Source: Squalus acanthias
Lineage: Eukaryota
Length of the DNA: 64,000 bases
Direction of reading: 5' to 3'
NCBI GenBank assembly: GCA_030390025.1
Contig: CM059438.1
Location: 62,746,001-62,810,000, forward strand
Below, piece by piece: positions 1-10,080 of this stretch; position 1 is the stretch's first letter, and each line of letters opens with the position of its first letter. The position numbers and the translations under genes are program-made. Under the pieces are notes generated by a model. That model was not told the DNA's origin, ran no database searches, and saw only the letters and a list, made by a program, of their open reading frames with translations.

Positions 1-620
1 TGAGTTATGAGGAATAACTGAAGAAGCCTGGGCTTTTCGAACTAGAAAGGAGGTATCTAACAGGTGATCTTATATGGTATATAAGATCGTTAACAGAATG
101 GAAAAGGTAAATCCGGAATATTATTTTAAATTAAACTGTGAAAGTAGGACAAGTGGATACAGGTTGAAACTAATAAAAGGTAAACTTAAGATTGATATCA
201 GCAAGTTCTTCTTCACACCAAGAATGATCAGCACATGGAATGGATGCCAGGTAGAATAGCAGAGGGAAAGAACTCTGGAATAATTTAGGCAAGGGTGGTA
301 GAGGTTTGGAACTCTCTTCTGCAAACGACAATTGATGCTAGGTCATTTGTCAATTGTTAATTTTAAACCTGAGATTGATAGATTTCTGTTAACCAAAGGT
401 ATTAAGGGATATGGGGCAAAGGCGGGTATATGGAGTTAGGTCATACATCAGCCATGATCTCATTGAATAGCAGAACAGACTCGAGGGGCTCAATGGCCTA
501 CTCCTGTTCCTATGTGCCTATGAAACAATTAGATACTGCAGTGGGAAGACCTTAGAGTCCTTCTGGACGGATGAATTAAGATGGTTTCCCTGATCCATCA
601 ATATCTTGTAATCTTGTGAA
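1..620 (+). mobile_element. Degenerate CR1 LINE 3' fragment with a second CR1 (HER1-like) 3' end nested at ~290-522
   Basis: ORF 74-259 resembles the CR1 ORF2 C-terminus (VYKIV...FFFTPRMISTWNG). Shark CR1 tail gccatgatctcattgaa...tggcctactcctgttcctatg ends at ~522 and the host resumes with aaacaattagat. Confidence 0.75.
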
Positions 621-789
621 ATTACAATTTACGCACCTTTGTTTGACAACCTATGGGCAGGCCTCAATGGAAACATTTGTTGTTGAGATCCTGCCTCATC
701 TGGGAAACTGCTTTCAATACTTGGGGCTCTTCGGAAGGATCAATTTCACCTTCATACTCTTCATGGGCCTGCTTTACTGCTGCTGATCA

Positions 790-1477
790 TCTTTGCCATG
801 TGTCCATATGCCTGTCTCAATGGTAATATTGTGTAGATTGCAATATGCCACTATCATTTTGCCAACTTGTCTGACTCACATTGCAAGTCACCCCTAGTGC
901 AGTCTCAACGCTGGGAGCATTGTTTCAATAGTCCCAAGCCGTGCTTCATTAGATTTCTTCTGCTGGAATGCAGTTTGTTGTGGCTCCTTTTTTGGGGAGT
1001 GCAAGTGTTCTGCAGGGCTGCCAACAGCCACATTTCAAGCAGGTGCTGATTGTCCCCAGGAGCCGACTGTGCAACATATTTTCTATCAACATCTGTGCAG
1101 AATAAACACTGTTCAGAAAATCGACAGTTCCTGGCTGAATTTTCTACTTGCAGTCTCTGCATTACGTGAGCAGAAAACCTTTCTATTGATGAAGGGGAGG
1201 ACAGCAGTGGCGCAGTACACACAGAGCATGCTGCTCTGTACCTATCTAAAAATAATCCCTCTGCTGGCCAAATCACTGCTGGTTGGTGCTGTCAAACTGT
1301 ATGTATGCAGAGCCATGCTGAAAGAGGGCACCTGTTACCTTTGTGATACAGAAATTAACTGCACACTGACTGATCTCGGTGATGTCCCCAAAGGATGTTT
1401 GGAAAGACACAGTTGCATAGACGTTTGCTCCTTAGCGGCAGGCCTGGTTGCAGGAGCTGACACAGATCAGAGATAAC
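790..1477 (-). pseudogene. Old, frameshifted PIF/Harbinger transposase (C-terminal part)
   Basis: Minus-strand translations align with the intact transposase at 5706-6866: PGDNQHLLEMWLLAALQN...RNLMKHGLGLLKQ ~ LGDKGYALSTWLMTPLR...RNIIERTIGVLKQ; FINRKVFCS ~ FRNRKGFHS; ITEISQCAVNFCITKVT ~ LANISQFAVHRCIRQVT; MIVAYCNLHNI ~ VVVCCMLHNM. Confidence 0.8.
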
Positions 1478-2005
1478 AGCCCGGTCTTTGGTGTACTAAT
1501 AATGTCAGCGCTCACCGTTACTCCTGTACAAAACTGACAGCAACCTCTGGCATCCGCACATGCGCAGTTAAATGGGGAAATTCGGAGGTTGCTGTCCGAG
1601 ATACCCTGCTCCTCCACAGGGTGCGTTGTTGCAATCTTCACCAATGGAATCTGCACAGAAATCACTGTCATGGTGTGAACCTAGGCTAATTACCCACCAT
1701 TCTCACTCGAAAAAGTTAGGGCTTGTTTAATCAGGAGTAACTGCGTTTTTAACGGAGTAGTAAGTGATAATTACTGCTGAACAACCTCTCTGGCCCAGAA
1801 AAATTAATTTGACAAGTGTGAAGTCTCAGTCCCTCAGAAGAAAATTAATGTTGCAGATTTAAAAAAAATTAAATTAAAATATTTTTTTTAATAGTTGTTC
1901 TGTTTTGTTCTTCTATATCTTTCCCTTAATCCCATGTGCATGTCCTAATCTTTATTTCACTTCCTGTACAATGATTTAAATGTGAATTATATGTCCTGTT
2001 TTTTA

Positions 2006-2480
2006 CAGCCGTGGCTCAGTGGGTAGCACTCTCGCCTCTGAGTCACAAGGTTGTGGGTTCAAGTCCCACTCCAGAGACTTGAGCACAGAAATCTAGGCTG
2101 ACACTCCCAGTGCAGTAGCTGAGGGAGTGCTGCACTGTCGGAGGTGCCGTCTTTTGGATGAGACGTTAAACCGAGGCCCTGTCTGCTCTCTCAGGTGGAC
2201 GTAAAAGATCCCATGTCACTATTTCAAAGAAGAGCAGGGGAGTTATCCACAGTGTCCTGGGGCCAACATTTATCCCTCAATCAACATGACAAAAACAGAT
2301 TTTCTGGTCATTATCACATTGCTATTGTGGGAGCTTGCTGTGCGCAAATTGGCTGCCATGTTTCCTACATTACAATAGTGACTCCACTTCAAAAGTACTT
2401 CATTGGTTGTAAAACGCTTTGGGATGTCCTGAGTTTGTGAAAGGCGCTATATAAATGCAAGTCAGTCTTTCTTTCTTTCC
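2006..2480 (+). mobile_element. tRNA-derived DeuSINE (SacSINE1-like)
   Basis: tRNA-like head with A/B boxes (tggctcagtgggtag...ggttcaagtccc), Deu core (gagggagtgctgcactgtcggaggtgccgtc) and L2-like tail (aaaggcgctatataaatgcaag). Confidence 0.85.
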
Positions 2481-2622
2481 TGCTTTGCTGTCTCCGTGTA
2501 GCAGTGAGGATTCTTCAATCTGATTGGTTGAAAAGCTTCGCTGCTGCTCGTCATAGAATCATAGAAAGTTACAGCCATTTCGGCCCATCGTGTCCGCGCC
2601 GGCCAACAAAGAGCTATCCAGC

Positions 2623-4200
2623 CTAATCCCACTTCCCAGCTCTTGGTCCGTAGCCCTGCAGGTTACAGCATCCCAAGTGCACATCCAAGTACTTTTTAAA
2701 TGTGGTTAGGGTTCCTGCCTCTACCACCCTTTCAGGCAGTGAGTTCCAGACCCCCAGAACCCTCTGGGTGAAGAAATTTCCCCTCAAATCCCCTCTAAAC
2801 CTTCCACCAATTACTTTAAATCTGTGCCCCCTGGTTTTTGACCCCTCTGCTAAGGGAAATAGGTCCTTTCTATCCACTTTATCTAGGCCCCTCATAATTT
2901 TATACACCTCAATAAGGTCTTCCCTCAGCCTCCTTTGTTCCAAGGAAAACAGTCCCAGCCTATCCAGTCTTTCCTCATAGCTAAGATTCTCTACTCCCGG
3001 CAACATCCTTGTAAATCTCCTCTGTACCCTCTCTAGTGCAATCACATCTTTCCTGTAATGTGGTGACCAGAACTGCTTGCAGTACTCTAGCTGAGGCCTA
3101 ACTAGTGTTTTGTACAGTTGAAGCATAACCCTCCTGCTCTTGTATTCTATGCCACGGCTAATATCTGTCATACGCCTCCCTTTTTTTCTTTATCCTACCC
3201 TGTATGTCTCTAGATTTGTTAGTCCCACTTTTTTCCTTTAAGGGCACATATTTGGTCTGAACCCTCCGGATCTCTTCCTTGAATGCCTCCCACTGCTCTG
3301 ACACTGATTTACCTTCAAGTAGCTGTTTCCAGTCCACTATGGCTAAATCCCCTCTGAGCTCAGCAAAATTTGCTTTTCCCCAATTTAGAATTTTTTATTC
3401 CTGGTCTATCCTTGTCCTTTTCCATAACTACCTTAAATCTAACAGAATTATGGTCACTAGCACCAAAATGCTCCCCCACTGATACGCCTTCTACCTGCCC
3501 AGCTTCATTCCCTAAAACTATGTCCAGAACCATCCCCTCCCTTGTTGGGTTTGCTATATACTGGCTAAAAAAGTTCTCCTGGATGCATTTTAGGAATTCC
3601 ACACCCTCTCTACCCTTCACACTAATTTTATCCCAGTTAATATTGGGGTAGTTGAAATCTATAGTTTTTGCACTTCTCAGAAATTTGTCTACATATTTGT
3701 TCTTCTATCTCCCTCTCACTGTTTGGGGGTCTGTAGTACACTCCCAGCAGTGTGATCGCCCCTTTTTTGTTTTTCAATTCGACCCATATGGCCTCGTTTG
3801 ATGATCCCTCCAACATATCATCCCTCCTCACAGCTGTAATAGTTTCTTTAATCAATACCGCGACCCCCCCTCCCTTTTTACCTCCCTCTCTATCCCGTCT
3901 GAAAATCCTGTAACCAGGAATGTTGAGCTGCCATACCTGCCCCTCTTTCAGCCACGTCTCTGTAATAGCTATAATATCATAGTCCCAAGTATCTACCTGT
4001 GCCCTCAGCTCATCTACTTTGTTTGCTATACTCCTTGCATTGAAGTATATACCATTTAGTACAGGCAAACCTCCTTGTTGACTACTATCTAGCCCTTGAT
4101 TCCTCTGTCCTTCCAATTTACTTTCTACGTTTTTGTTTTCCAATTCCAGTTTTTCTTCCCTCCCTATTGACTCTATACTTAGGTTCCCATCCCCCTGCCA
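2623..4200 (-). pseudogene. CR1 ORF2 remnant: AP endonuclease joined directly to the post-RT C-terminus
   Basis: APE motifs YFNARSI, IIAITETWL, GGGVAVL, GVYYRPP, LDIVL and SDHNSV (ORFs 3637-4143 and 3360-3620). C-terminal LYKTLVRPQLEYC...LERVQRRFT (2623-3171). Deletion junction at ~3160-3163; no (Y/F)ADD motif. Confidence 0.88.
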
Positions 4201-4202
4201 AG

Positions 4203-5145
4203 CTAGTTTAAACCCTCCCCAACAGCACTAGCAAACCCTCCCGAGGATATTGGTCCCGTTCCCATTGAGGTGCAACCCGTCTGGCTTGTAGAGGTCCCAC
4301 CTCCCCCAGAAACGGTTCCAATTCCTCAGGAATCTAAAGCCCTCCTTCCTACACCATCTCTCCAGCCACGCATTCATCTGCTCTATCTTCCTATTTCTGT
4401 ACTCACTAGCACGTGGCACTGGTAGTAAGATTACTACCTTTGAGGTCCTGCTTTTTAACCTCTTCCCTAGCTCCCTAAACTCTGCCTGCAGGACCTCGTC
4501 CCTCTTCCTACCTATGTCGTTGGTACCGATATGGACCACGACCTCTGGCTGTTCACCCTCCCCCCTCAGAATGCCCTGCAGCCGTTCAGTGACATCCTTG
4601 ACCCTGGAACCAGGGAGGCAACATACCATCCTGGAGTCACGTCTGCGGCCACAGAAACGCCTGTCTACTCCCCTAACTATTGAATCCCCTACCACTATTG
4701 CTCTCCCTCTCCTCTTCCCCCCCGCCTGTGCAGCTGAGCCTTCCATGATGCGGTGGACTTGGCTCTGGCTGCACTCCCCAGAGGAACCATCGCCCTCACC
4801 AGTACTCAGCACCGAATACTGGTTGGGGAGCAAGATGGGCTCAGGGTACTCCTGCACTACCTGCCTGGTCCTCCTCTTCTGTCTGACGGTCACCCATTTC
4901 CTCTCTGCCTGCACACTCTTAAGCTGCGGGGTGATCACCTCCCGAAACGTGCTATCCACGTAGCTCTCAGCCTCGCGGATGCACAGCAGTGACTGCAGCC
5001 GCCGCTCAAGCTCCGTAACCAGGTGCTCGAGCTGCTGTAGCTGGCGACACTTCCCGCACATGTGGTCATCCAGACCACGGGAGGTGTCCAGGACTTCCCA
5101 CATGGCACAGGATGTGCGTTCCATGGGTGTGAGCTACCCTGCCAT
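4203..5145 (-). pseudogene. CR1 ORF1: Cys-rich/coiled-coil N-terminus plus SGNH (GDSL) esterase
   Basis: ORF 4228-5124 has SCAMW...MCGKC, a coiled coil, GDSIVRG, CLPG, HIGTND and DGLHL. The upstream ATG at 5145 is followed by a premature TAG; a frameshift is likely near the C-terminus. Confidence 0.88.
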
Positions 5146-5705
5146 ACCTCTAATTAACAGACTATTTACTAACCTAGCTGGAATAAACTTAAAGGGGTAA
5201 AAATTCAGTTGGTTGCGCCTCCCGTTAGCGCCTTAAATGGGCGCTAATGGGGCGTTAAGGCGCTAACGCCCGGGCGCAGCGCTGTTTGCGCCGCTCGAGA
5301 ACTTAACTTGAGATTGTGCGGCAGCGCTAAAACTTACCGCTGCGACCACCTGCGCGCGCAGATTGTGACGTCAGTCCGTGGTGCAACGCCCTTGGGGCGC
5401 CCCGGAGCGGAAATTGAGTGGCGCCCCCTGCCTTACCGCCTGGCGCTTCCAACGACCGGAAGACTGGAACGTTATCAATCGGTCTGGGGCTGGGGGGGGC
5501 GCTATTTAAAGGGGGCCTCTTCCTGTCTTTTTCTGTGGTCGACATTTATGCACCACTCGTTCTGAGAGAGAGAGAGAGATTCGGAGAGAGAGAGAGAGAG
5601 ACTTCTACATTGACTCAACGCTTTGTGAGGTAGTTTTGCCTAGTTCATCCTAACTTTGCTGCTACTTTCGTTGCTGTACCTCATTACTTTTCTGGCAAAG
5701 AGAAG

Positions 5706-6866
5706 ATGGGGGCTGCAATGATTGGGGGCGTCGTCCTGCTCCAGCTCAATCGGAGCAGAGTGAGACGCAGACAGAGAGTGGCAATGATGGCCAGACGGAG
5801 GAGGCCCATCAGGCGCATGTACAGGAGAGCTTACCCTCCCAGGGTATATCGTGAACAGCTCTCCTACATCCACATGTCCGAGGAGCTGTGTTTGCGAAGG
5901 CTGCGATTCAGCAAGGAGGTGGTCACTGAGCTCTGCCACCTGCTGCAGCCAGATCTGCAGCCTCAGCTGAGGTCCAGGACGTCTCTGTCGGTGGCAGTGA
6001 AGGTCACAGTGGCCTTGAACTTCTACGCCACTGGCTCATTCCAAGCTGCTGTTGGGGACCTCGCCAATATCTCCCAGTTTGCGGTGCATCGCTGCATCCG
6101 GCAGGTCACCAATGCCCTCTTCACAAGGAGACGAGACTTCATCTCCTTCCCTATGACCCCAGACAAGCAGCATGACCGTGCTATGGGCTTTGCGAGGGTA
6201 GCGGGCTTCCCCATGGTGCAGGGCGCCATTGACTGCACGCATGTGGCTTTGCGTGCTCCGCGAGAGAATGCAGAGGAGTTCCGGAACAGAAAGGGGTTCC
6301 ATTCCTTGAATGTGCAGTTGGTCTGTGACCACAGACAGGTGATTCTCGCTGTCAATGCCCACTATCCGGGCAGCTGCCACGATGCTTTCATCCTGCGCCA
6401 GAGTACTGTGGCAGAAATTTTCGAGGCACCGCATCAGCCAGTCGGTTGGCTTCTGGGGGACAAGGGGTACGCATTGAGCACCTGGCTGATGACACCGCTC
6501 CGTGCGCCAAACACCCCTGCTGAGCTGCGGTACCAGGAAAGCCAACAAGCAACGAGGAACATTATTGAGCGCACAATCGGCGTGCTCAAACAACGATTCC
6601 GCTGTCTGGACCATTCCGGAGGAGCCCTGCAGTACTCGCCTGAGCAAGTTTCCAAATTCGTAGTGGTGTGCTGCATGTTGCACAACATGGCAATCCTCAG
6701 GACGCAGCCAATGCCACCAGGCCTTGCAGCACCACAAGAGGAGGAGGAGGAAGAGGAGGAACAGGCCGAGGACGATGATCAGCAGCAGCACCAAGGCAGG
6801 AGGGCGGCCCACAATGGTCAAACTGCAAGGGCCGTCCGTCAACGACTAATAGCAAGCCGCTTCTAG
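5706..6866 (+). CDS. Harbinger (HARBI1-like, DDE_Tnp_4) transposase, 386 aa, uninterrupted
   Basis: Motifs GAIDCTHV, NRKGFHSLNVQLVCD, YPGSCHDAFIL, LLGDKGY, RNIIERTIGVLKQRFRCL and CCMLHN. Acidic C-terminal tail; AATAAA downstream (~7028). Confidence 0.95.
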   Translation: MGAAMIGGVVLLQLNRSRVRRRQRVAMMARRRRPIRRMYRRAYPPRVYREQLSYIHMSEELCLRRLRFSKEVVTELCHLLQPDLQPQLRSRTSLSVAVKVTVALNFYATGSFQAAVGDLANISQFAVHRCIRQVTNALFTRRRDFISFPMTPDKQHDRAMGFARVAGFPMVQGAIDCTHVALRAPRENAEEFRNRKGFHSLNVQLVCDHRQVILAVNAHYPGSCHDAFILRQSTVAEIFEAPHQPVGWLLGDKGYALSTWLMTPLRAPNTPAELRYQESQQATRNIIERTIGVLKQRFRCLDHSGGALQYSPEQVSKFVVVCCMLHNMAILRTQPMPPGLAAPQEEEEEEEEQAEDDDQQQHQGRRAAHNGQTARAVRQRLIASRF

Positions 6867-7160
6867 GGCCCCTGCCAGTGCTACAAACACGAATCAACCC
6901 AGCACGCAACCCCTAAGCCGGCCAAGGCACCAATAATTCCAACCACCAGCCATGTATATTTTGAATACAGAAACTTATTTATTGTACAAACTCTGTGTGT
7001 GTCAATTCCTCATGACAAACTCATAGAAATAAACACAAAAAAACAGTCAATAATATAACTGGTTCTCACAACCTGGAGATAATGTCCAAAACACTAAACA
7101 AAAGTTGGGCCATGAACCTCGGCCTTTAATAAAAAAATGACCAGCATTTTGGCACACCTC

Positions 7161-9231
7161 CTACTTTTTGCCCTTCGAGGGTGATCTCCTTCCCTTGCGC
7201 ACTTCCCCCCTTCTAACCCTACTGCTCCTCCGTAATGGGACCTCAGTGGCTGCAGCAAGGCTGGTGGAAGGCTGCTGCTTGTCAGACCCTGACACTGCAG
7301 ATGCCCCTGAAGGACGGCCTCGACCACTTCTGGGCCTGGAGGGCCCGGCTGCAGACTGCACCAACTCTGCATGGGCGGCAGCAGTCTGTCCTACAGGCGG
7401 TGGCAAGTGCAGTGGAGAAGTGACAGTGTTGGCAGCAGGAATGCTGTCATCGTGAGAGAGGACAGCAACTCCCTGCTCGCCCGACACACTGGCACTCCCA
7501 CGGGGCAGCACTTCAGCATCCGGAGCAATTTGCCTGAGAACAGATTGCTGGCCTGCTGCGGCGCGGTGACAGCCCCGGGGACATGTGCACGAACCATCGA
7601 GGATGGCAGCAGTCAGTGCTCGCGTGGCCTCAATCTGAGTCTGCATGAGAGCAGGCTCAGATGGGTTCCTGGCAGCCAGTGACTGAATTGCAGCAGTAAG
7701 CTTTAGTGTGGCATCCGCCTGTGCTACAGCGAAGTGCTCCACACTCCTTGCCAGTGCCTCAATGCATTCGGGCACCCTTCCCACTGCACCCATGAGCTCA
7801 GTGTGCATGACCACCGCCTGGCTGTTCATTTCTGCAATCATCCGCTCCTCCTCTGCGTCCATTGCATTAGGAGTGTCTGGCATACTCTCCCTCTGGGGAG
7901 AAGGCTCCCGTTCTTCCCTCCCCCCCCCATGGCGTTGCTGCAGCCCGCTGGGTCCTGGAACTTCACCATCATCAGCCCCTTCCCCCCTGCTCCCCCGTTC
8001 TTCCCTCCCCCCCCATGGCGTTGCTGCAGCCCGCTGGGTCCTGGAACTTCACCATCATCAGCCCCTTCCCCCCTGCTCCCCTCCGGGGAAGGCGTGTTCC
8101 CAGTGTGGCCATGGGCTTCCTCGGGAGAGGGTGGCACTGATGCTCCGGCTTCCTCTTCCTCCTCAGCTGCAGCATCACTCCCAGTGGCAGCTTCAGGGAC
8201 CATCTCCTCAGCTGGTGAATCACCATCTGAAAGCAGGGAGGTACAAGAGTGGCTTTAGCGTGAGGACAGGGTGGCAGTAAGGGAGGAATAAGTGCAGCGA
8301 GTTAGCAAGTTGGATTGAAAGTGTCAAAGGCTGGTATTGTGAGGGACAAGTGGAAGGACAGAGGACAAAAAGGTGATGACCTTACCATTGCTGTCCACAA
8401 CGGGGTCGGCGTCTCCAGTGGCGACGGGACCGATCACCCGGCTTGCCACAATCCTGTGGACGCGCTCCTCCAGATCGCTGAGGGGTTGCAGCTGAAGCCG
8501 CCCTCCACCCGTCCGTTGCTGCTGTCTCCGATTATGAGCCAGCTTAGCCTGCAAGAAAAAGGACAGCATCTGAGTCAATATACAGCCATGGTCTTGCCTG
8601 ATGTGCCTCCCATAGGTGAATAGCCCTTACAATATGCAGCCATGGTCTTGCCTGATGTGCCTCCCATAGGTGAATAGCCCTTACAATATGCAGCCATGGT
8701 CTTGCCTGATGTGCCTCCCATAGGTGAATAGCCCTTACAATATGCAGCCATGGTCTTGCCTGATGTGCCTCCCATAGGTGAATAGCCCTTACAATATGCA
8801 GCCATGGTCTTGCCTGATGTGCCTCCCATAGGTGAATAGCCCTTACTGTATGCAAAGTGTGGAATGTGTGTGTGTGTTTGATGAAAGGGCCATAGGTGTT
8901 GGATGAGTGTTGTGCATTGGGGTTTTAAGACCCTCTGGCCATAGAGTGAGGTTGAGATGGAGGGATGGAGAGGTATTGTGAAAAAGCCACTCACCCTGAC
9001 GACCCGAGTGAGGTCGTTGAACTTTTTGCGGCACTGGACATGGGTCCTGGGCACCATGCTCCTGGAGGAGACGCTCTGAGCCACCTCCCTCCACACTCTT
9101 CTGAACTCGCGTGGCAAAGGCCTCCTGCCACTCTCTGGGAACAGCATGCATCGTCTGCGCTCCACTGCGTCAACCAGAGCATCCAAGGCCCGCTCGGTGA
9201 AGCGATGAGCGCGTTCTCTCACCCTCTCCAT
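7161..9231 (-). CDS. Harbinger Myb/SANT-like (trihelix) DNA-binding protein; exons 9231-8995, 8548-8386 and 8226-7161; one frameshift in a poly-G run at 8007-8014
   Basis: Exon 1 reads RFTERALDALVDAVERR...WREVAQSV...RTHVQCRKKFNDL. Canonical splice sites: donor GTGAGT (8994), acceptor ...TTGCAG (8549), donor GTAAGG (8385), acceptor ...TTTCAG (8227); phases 0 and 1 are consistent. Adding one G gives ~488 aa, ending with ORF 7161-7883 (basic NLS-like tail). Confidence 0.85.
7907..8080. repeat. 87-bp (29-codon) tandem duplication within Myb-gene exon 3
   Basis: gttcttccct(c)n atggcgttgctgcagcccgctgggtcctggaacttcaccatcatcagccccttcccccctgctccc starts at 7910 and 7997; the C-run is 9 vs 8. Confidence 0.9.
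8576..8845. repeat. 54-bp minisatellite, 5 near-identical copies, in intron 1 of the Myb gene
   Basis: Unit caatatgcagccatggtcttgcctgatgtgcctcccataggtgaatagccctta; head-to-tail with no spacers. Confidence 0.95.
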
Positions 9232-9966
9232 TCTTGGCAGCAAAATGGATTACAGGTCTCTCCAGGCTGAGATTCAAGGCTGCAATGAGCAGGGTGTGGC
9301 TGGGGAGCAAGTGGCCCCCCCCGCTTTAAGAAGTGTCCGGCGCCAGTGTGTCTGTGTTACCGCGCTAACTGGCAGCAGCTGCGCTGCGCTCGTGCGCTGA
9401 GTTAGCGCCTCACTCCTAGGCCTTTGCGCCTTAAGAGAGGTGTGCAGCGCCTAATTTAGCGCTCCACTCACCTCCCGGGGCGGTAAAAGTGAAGTTTCCT
9501 GTCAGTGCCGATAATTAGCGCCAGGCGCTAATATTTGCGCGCGGACGATATTTGCGCCCCAAATGGGGCGCGACCTAATTTCTACCCCAAAAACTTTAAG
9601 AAAGCCAAGTAAAAACACTGACCAGATACTCACCAATCAGCTCCCACTTTTTGAACATTTAGTTTTTAATCCCGGCTCTTAATTTAAGCCAATTCCCTGC
9701 TTTCCTGTGACGTCACTCCTTGTTTTTTGGACTCCTGGATTTTTTCCTCTCTGCTCCGGTTCCCGGCTCGGTCTGCTCCTCCTCGGCTGCTCGCAGTGAG
9801 TTACTACTCACAGACGCCACATATCCCGTGTAGAGGGCGCCGAATTCAAACAGACGGCGGATTACTGGGAATCTCCGCTGACAGGCCCGCTAAAAGTCTC
9901 TGGGCAACTGTATGTGAGGTGAACGGCAAAAGCTGTTCCTTCGCCATGCACAGCAAAATCCGGGCC

Positions 9967-10080
9967 GACATCTTTGATGAAGCACAAACCTCTTACACGT
10001 GGGTCCTCACCAAGGTCAAGGCAGCTGACATATACTTGATAGTCTCAGTGCCCAGGCCTACCTCAGTGCGATAGCATGGG
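9967..10080 (-). pseudogene. N-terminal continuation of the same old Harbinger transposase
   Basis: Translates ...VSCLDLGEDPRVRGLCFIKDV, matching LSYIHMSEELCLRRLRFSKEV, and joins in frame to (V)ISDLCQLLQP at 1477 (~VTELCHLLQP). Confidence 0.7.

Larger units (their letters stand above)
5194..9588. mobile_element. Young, apparently full-length PIF/Harbinger DNA transposon (4395 bp)
   Basis: TIRs GGGGTAAAAATT / GGGGTAGAAATT (11/12). 3-bp TSD AAA at 5191-5193 and 9589-9591. Convergent transposase and Myb/SANT genes; CpG-rich subterminal regions. Confidence 0.93.
2551..9785 (-). mobile_element. CR1 LINE with both ends but RT core deleted; Harbinger inserted in its 5' UTR
   Basis: (TTCTATGA)n-type 3' terminus at 2551, ORF2 C-terminus, APE domain, esterase ORF1 and 5' UTR (9592-9785). 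8-bp TSD GCTGCTCG at 2543-2550 and 9786-9793. Confidence 0.9.
1478..9966. mobile_element. Non-autonomous Harbinger-type MITE (own sequence ~1478-2005, ~2481-2550 and 9786-9966), disrupted by SINE and CR1 insertions
   Basis: Degenerate TIRs: AGCCCGGTCTTTGG at left, reverse complement GGCCCGGATTTTGC at right. 3-bp flanks AAC/GAC. Internal ttcaatctgattggtt is shared in reverse orientation with the MITE at 28062-28836. Confidence 0.75.

Noticed and set aside
2006..2080. tRNA genes (also ~40303, ~43990, ~62241)
   Set aside because: The tRNA-like A/B-box heads run directly into SINE bodies.
5706..6866. Host HARBI1 gene
   Set aside because: Intronless, bounded by TIRs and a TSD, paired with a Myb gene and nested inside a CR1; it is a transposon copy rather than the domesticated gene.
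6023..8280. Multiple overlapping antisense ORFs in the Harbinger
   Set aside because: Shadow frames of GC-rich coding sequence.
8576..8845. CRISPR-like array
   Set aside because: Units are contiguous 54-bp copies with no unique spacers, there are no cas genes, and the context is a eukaryotic transposon intron.
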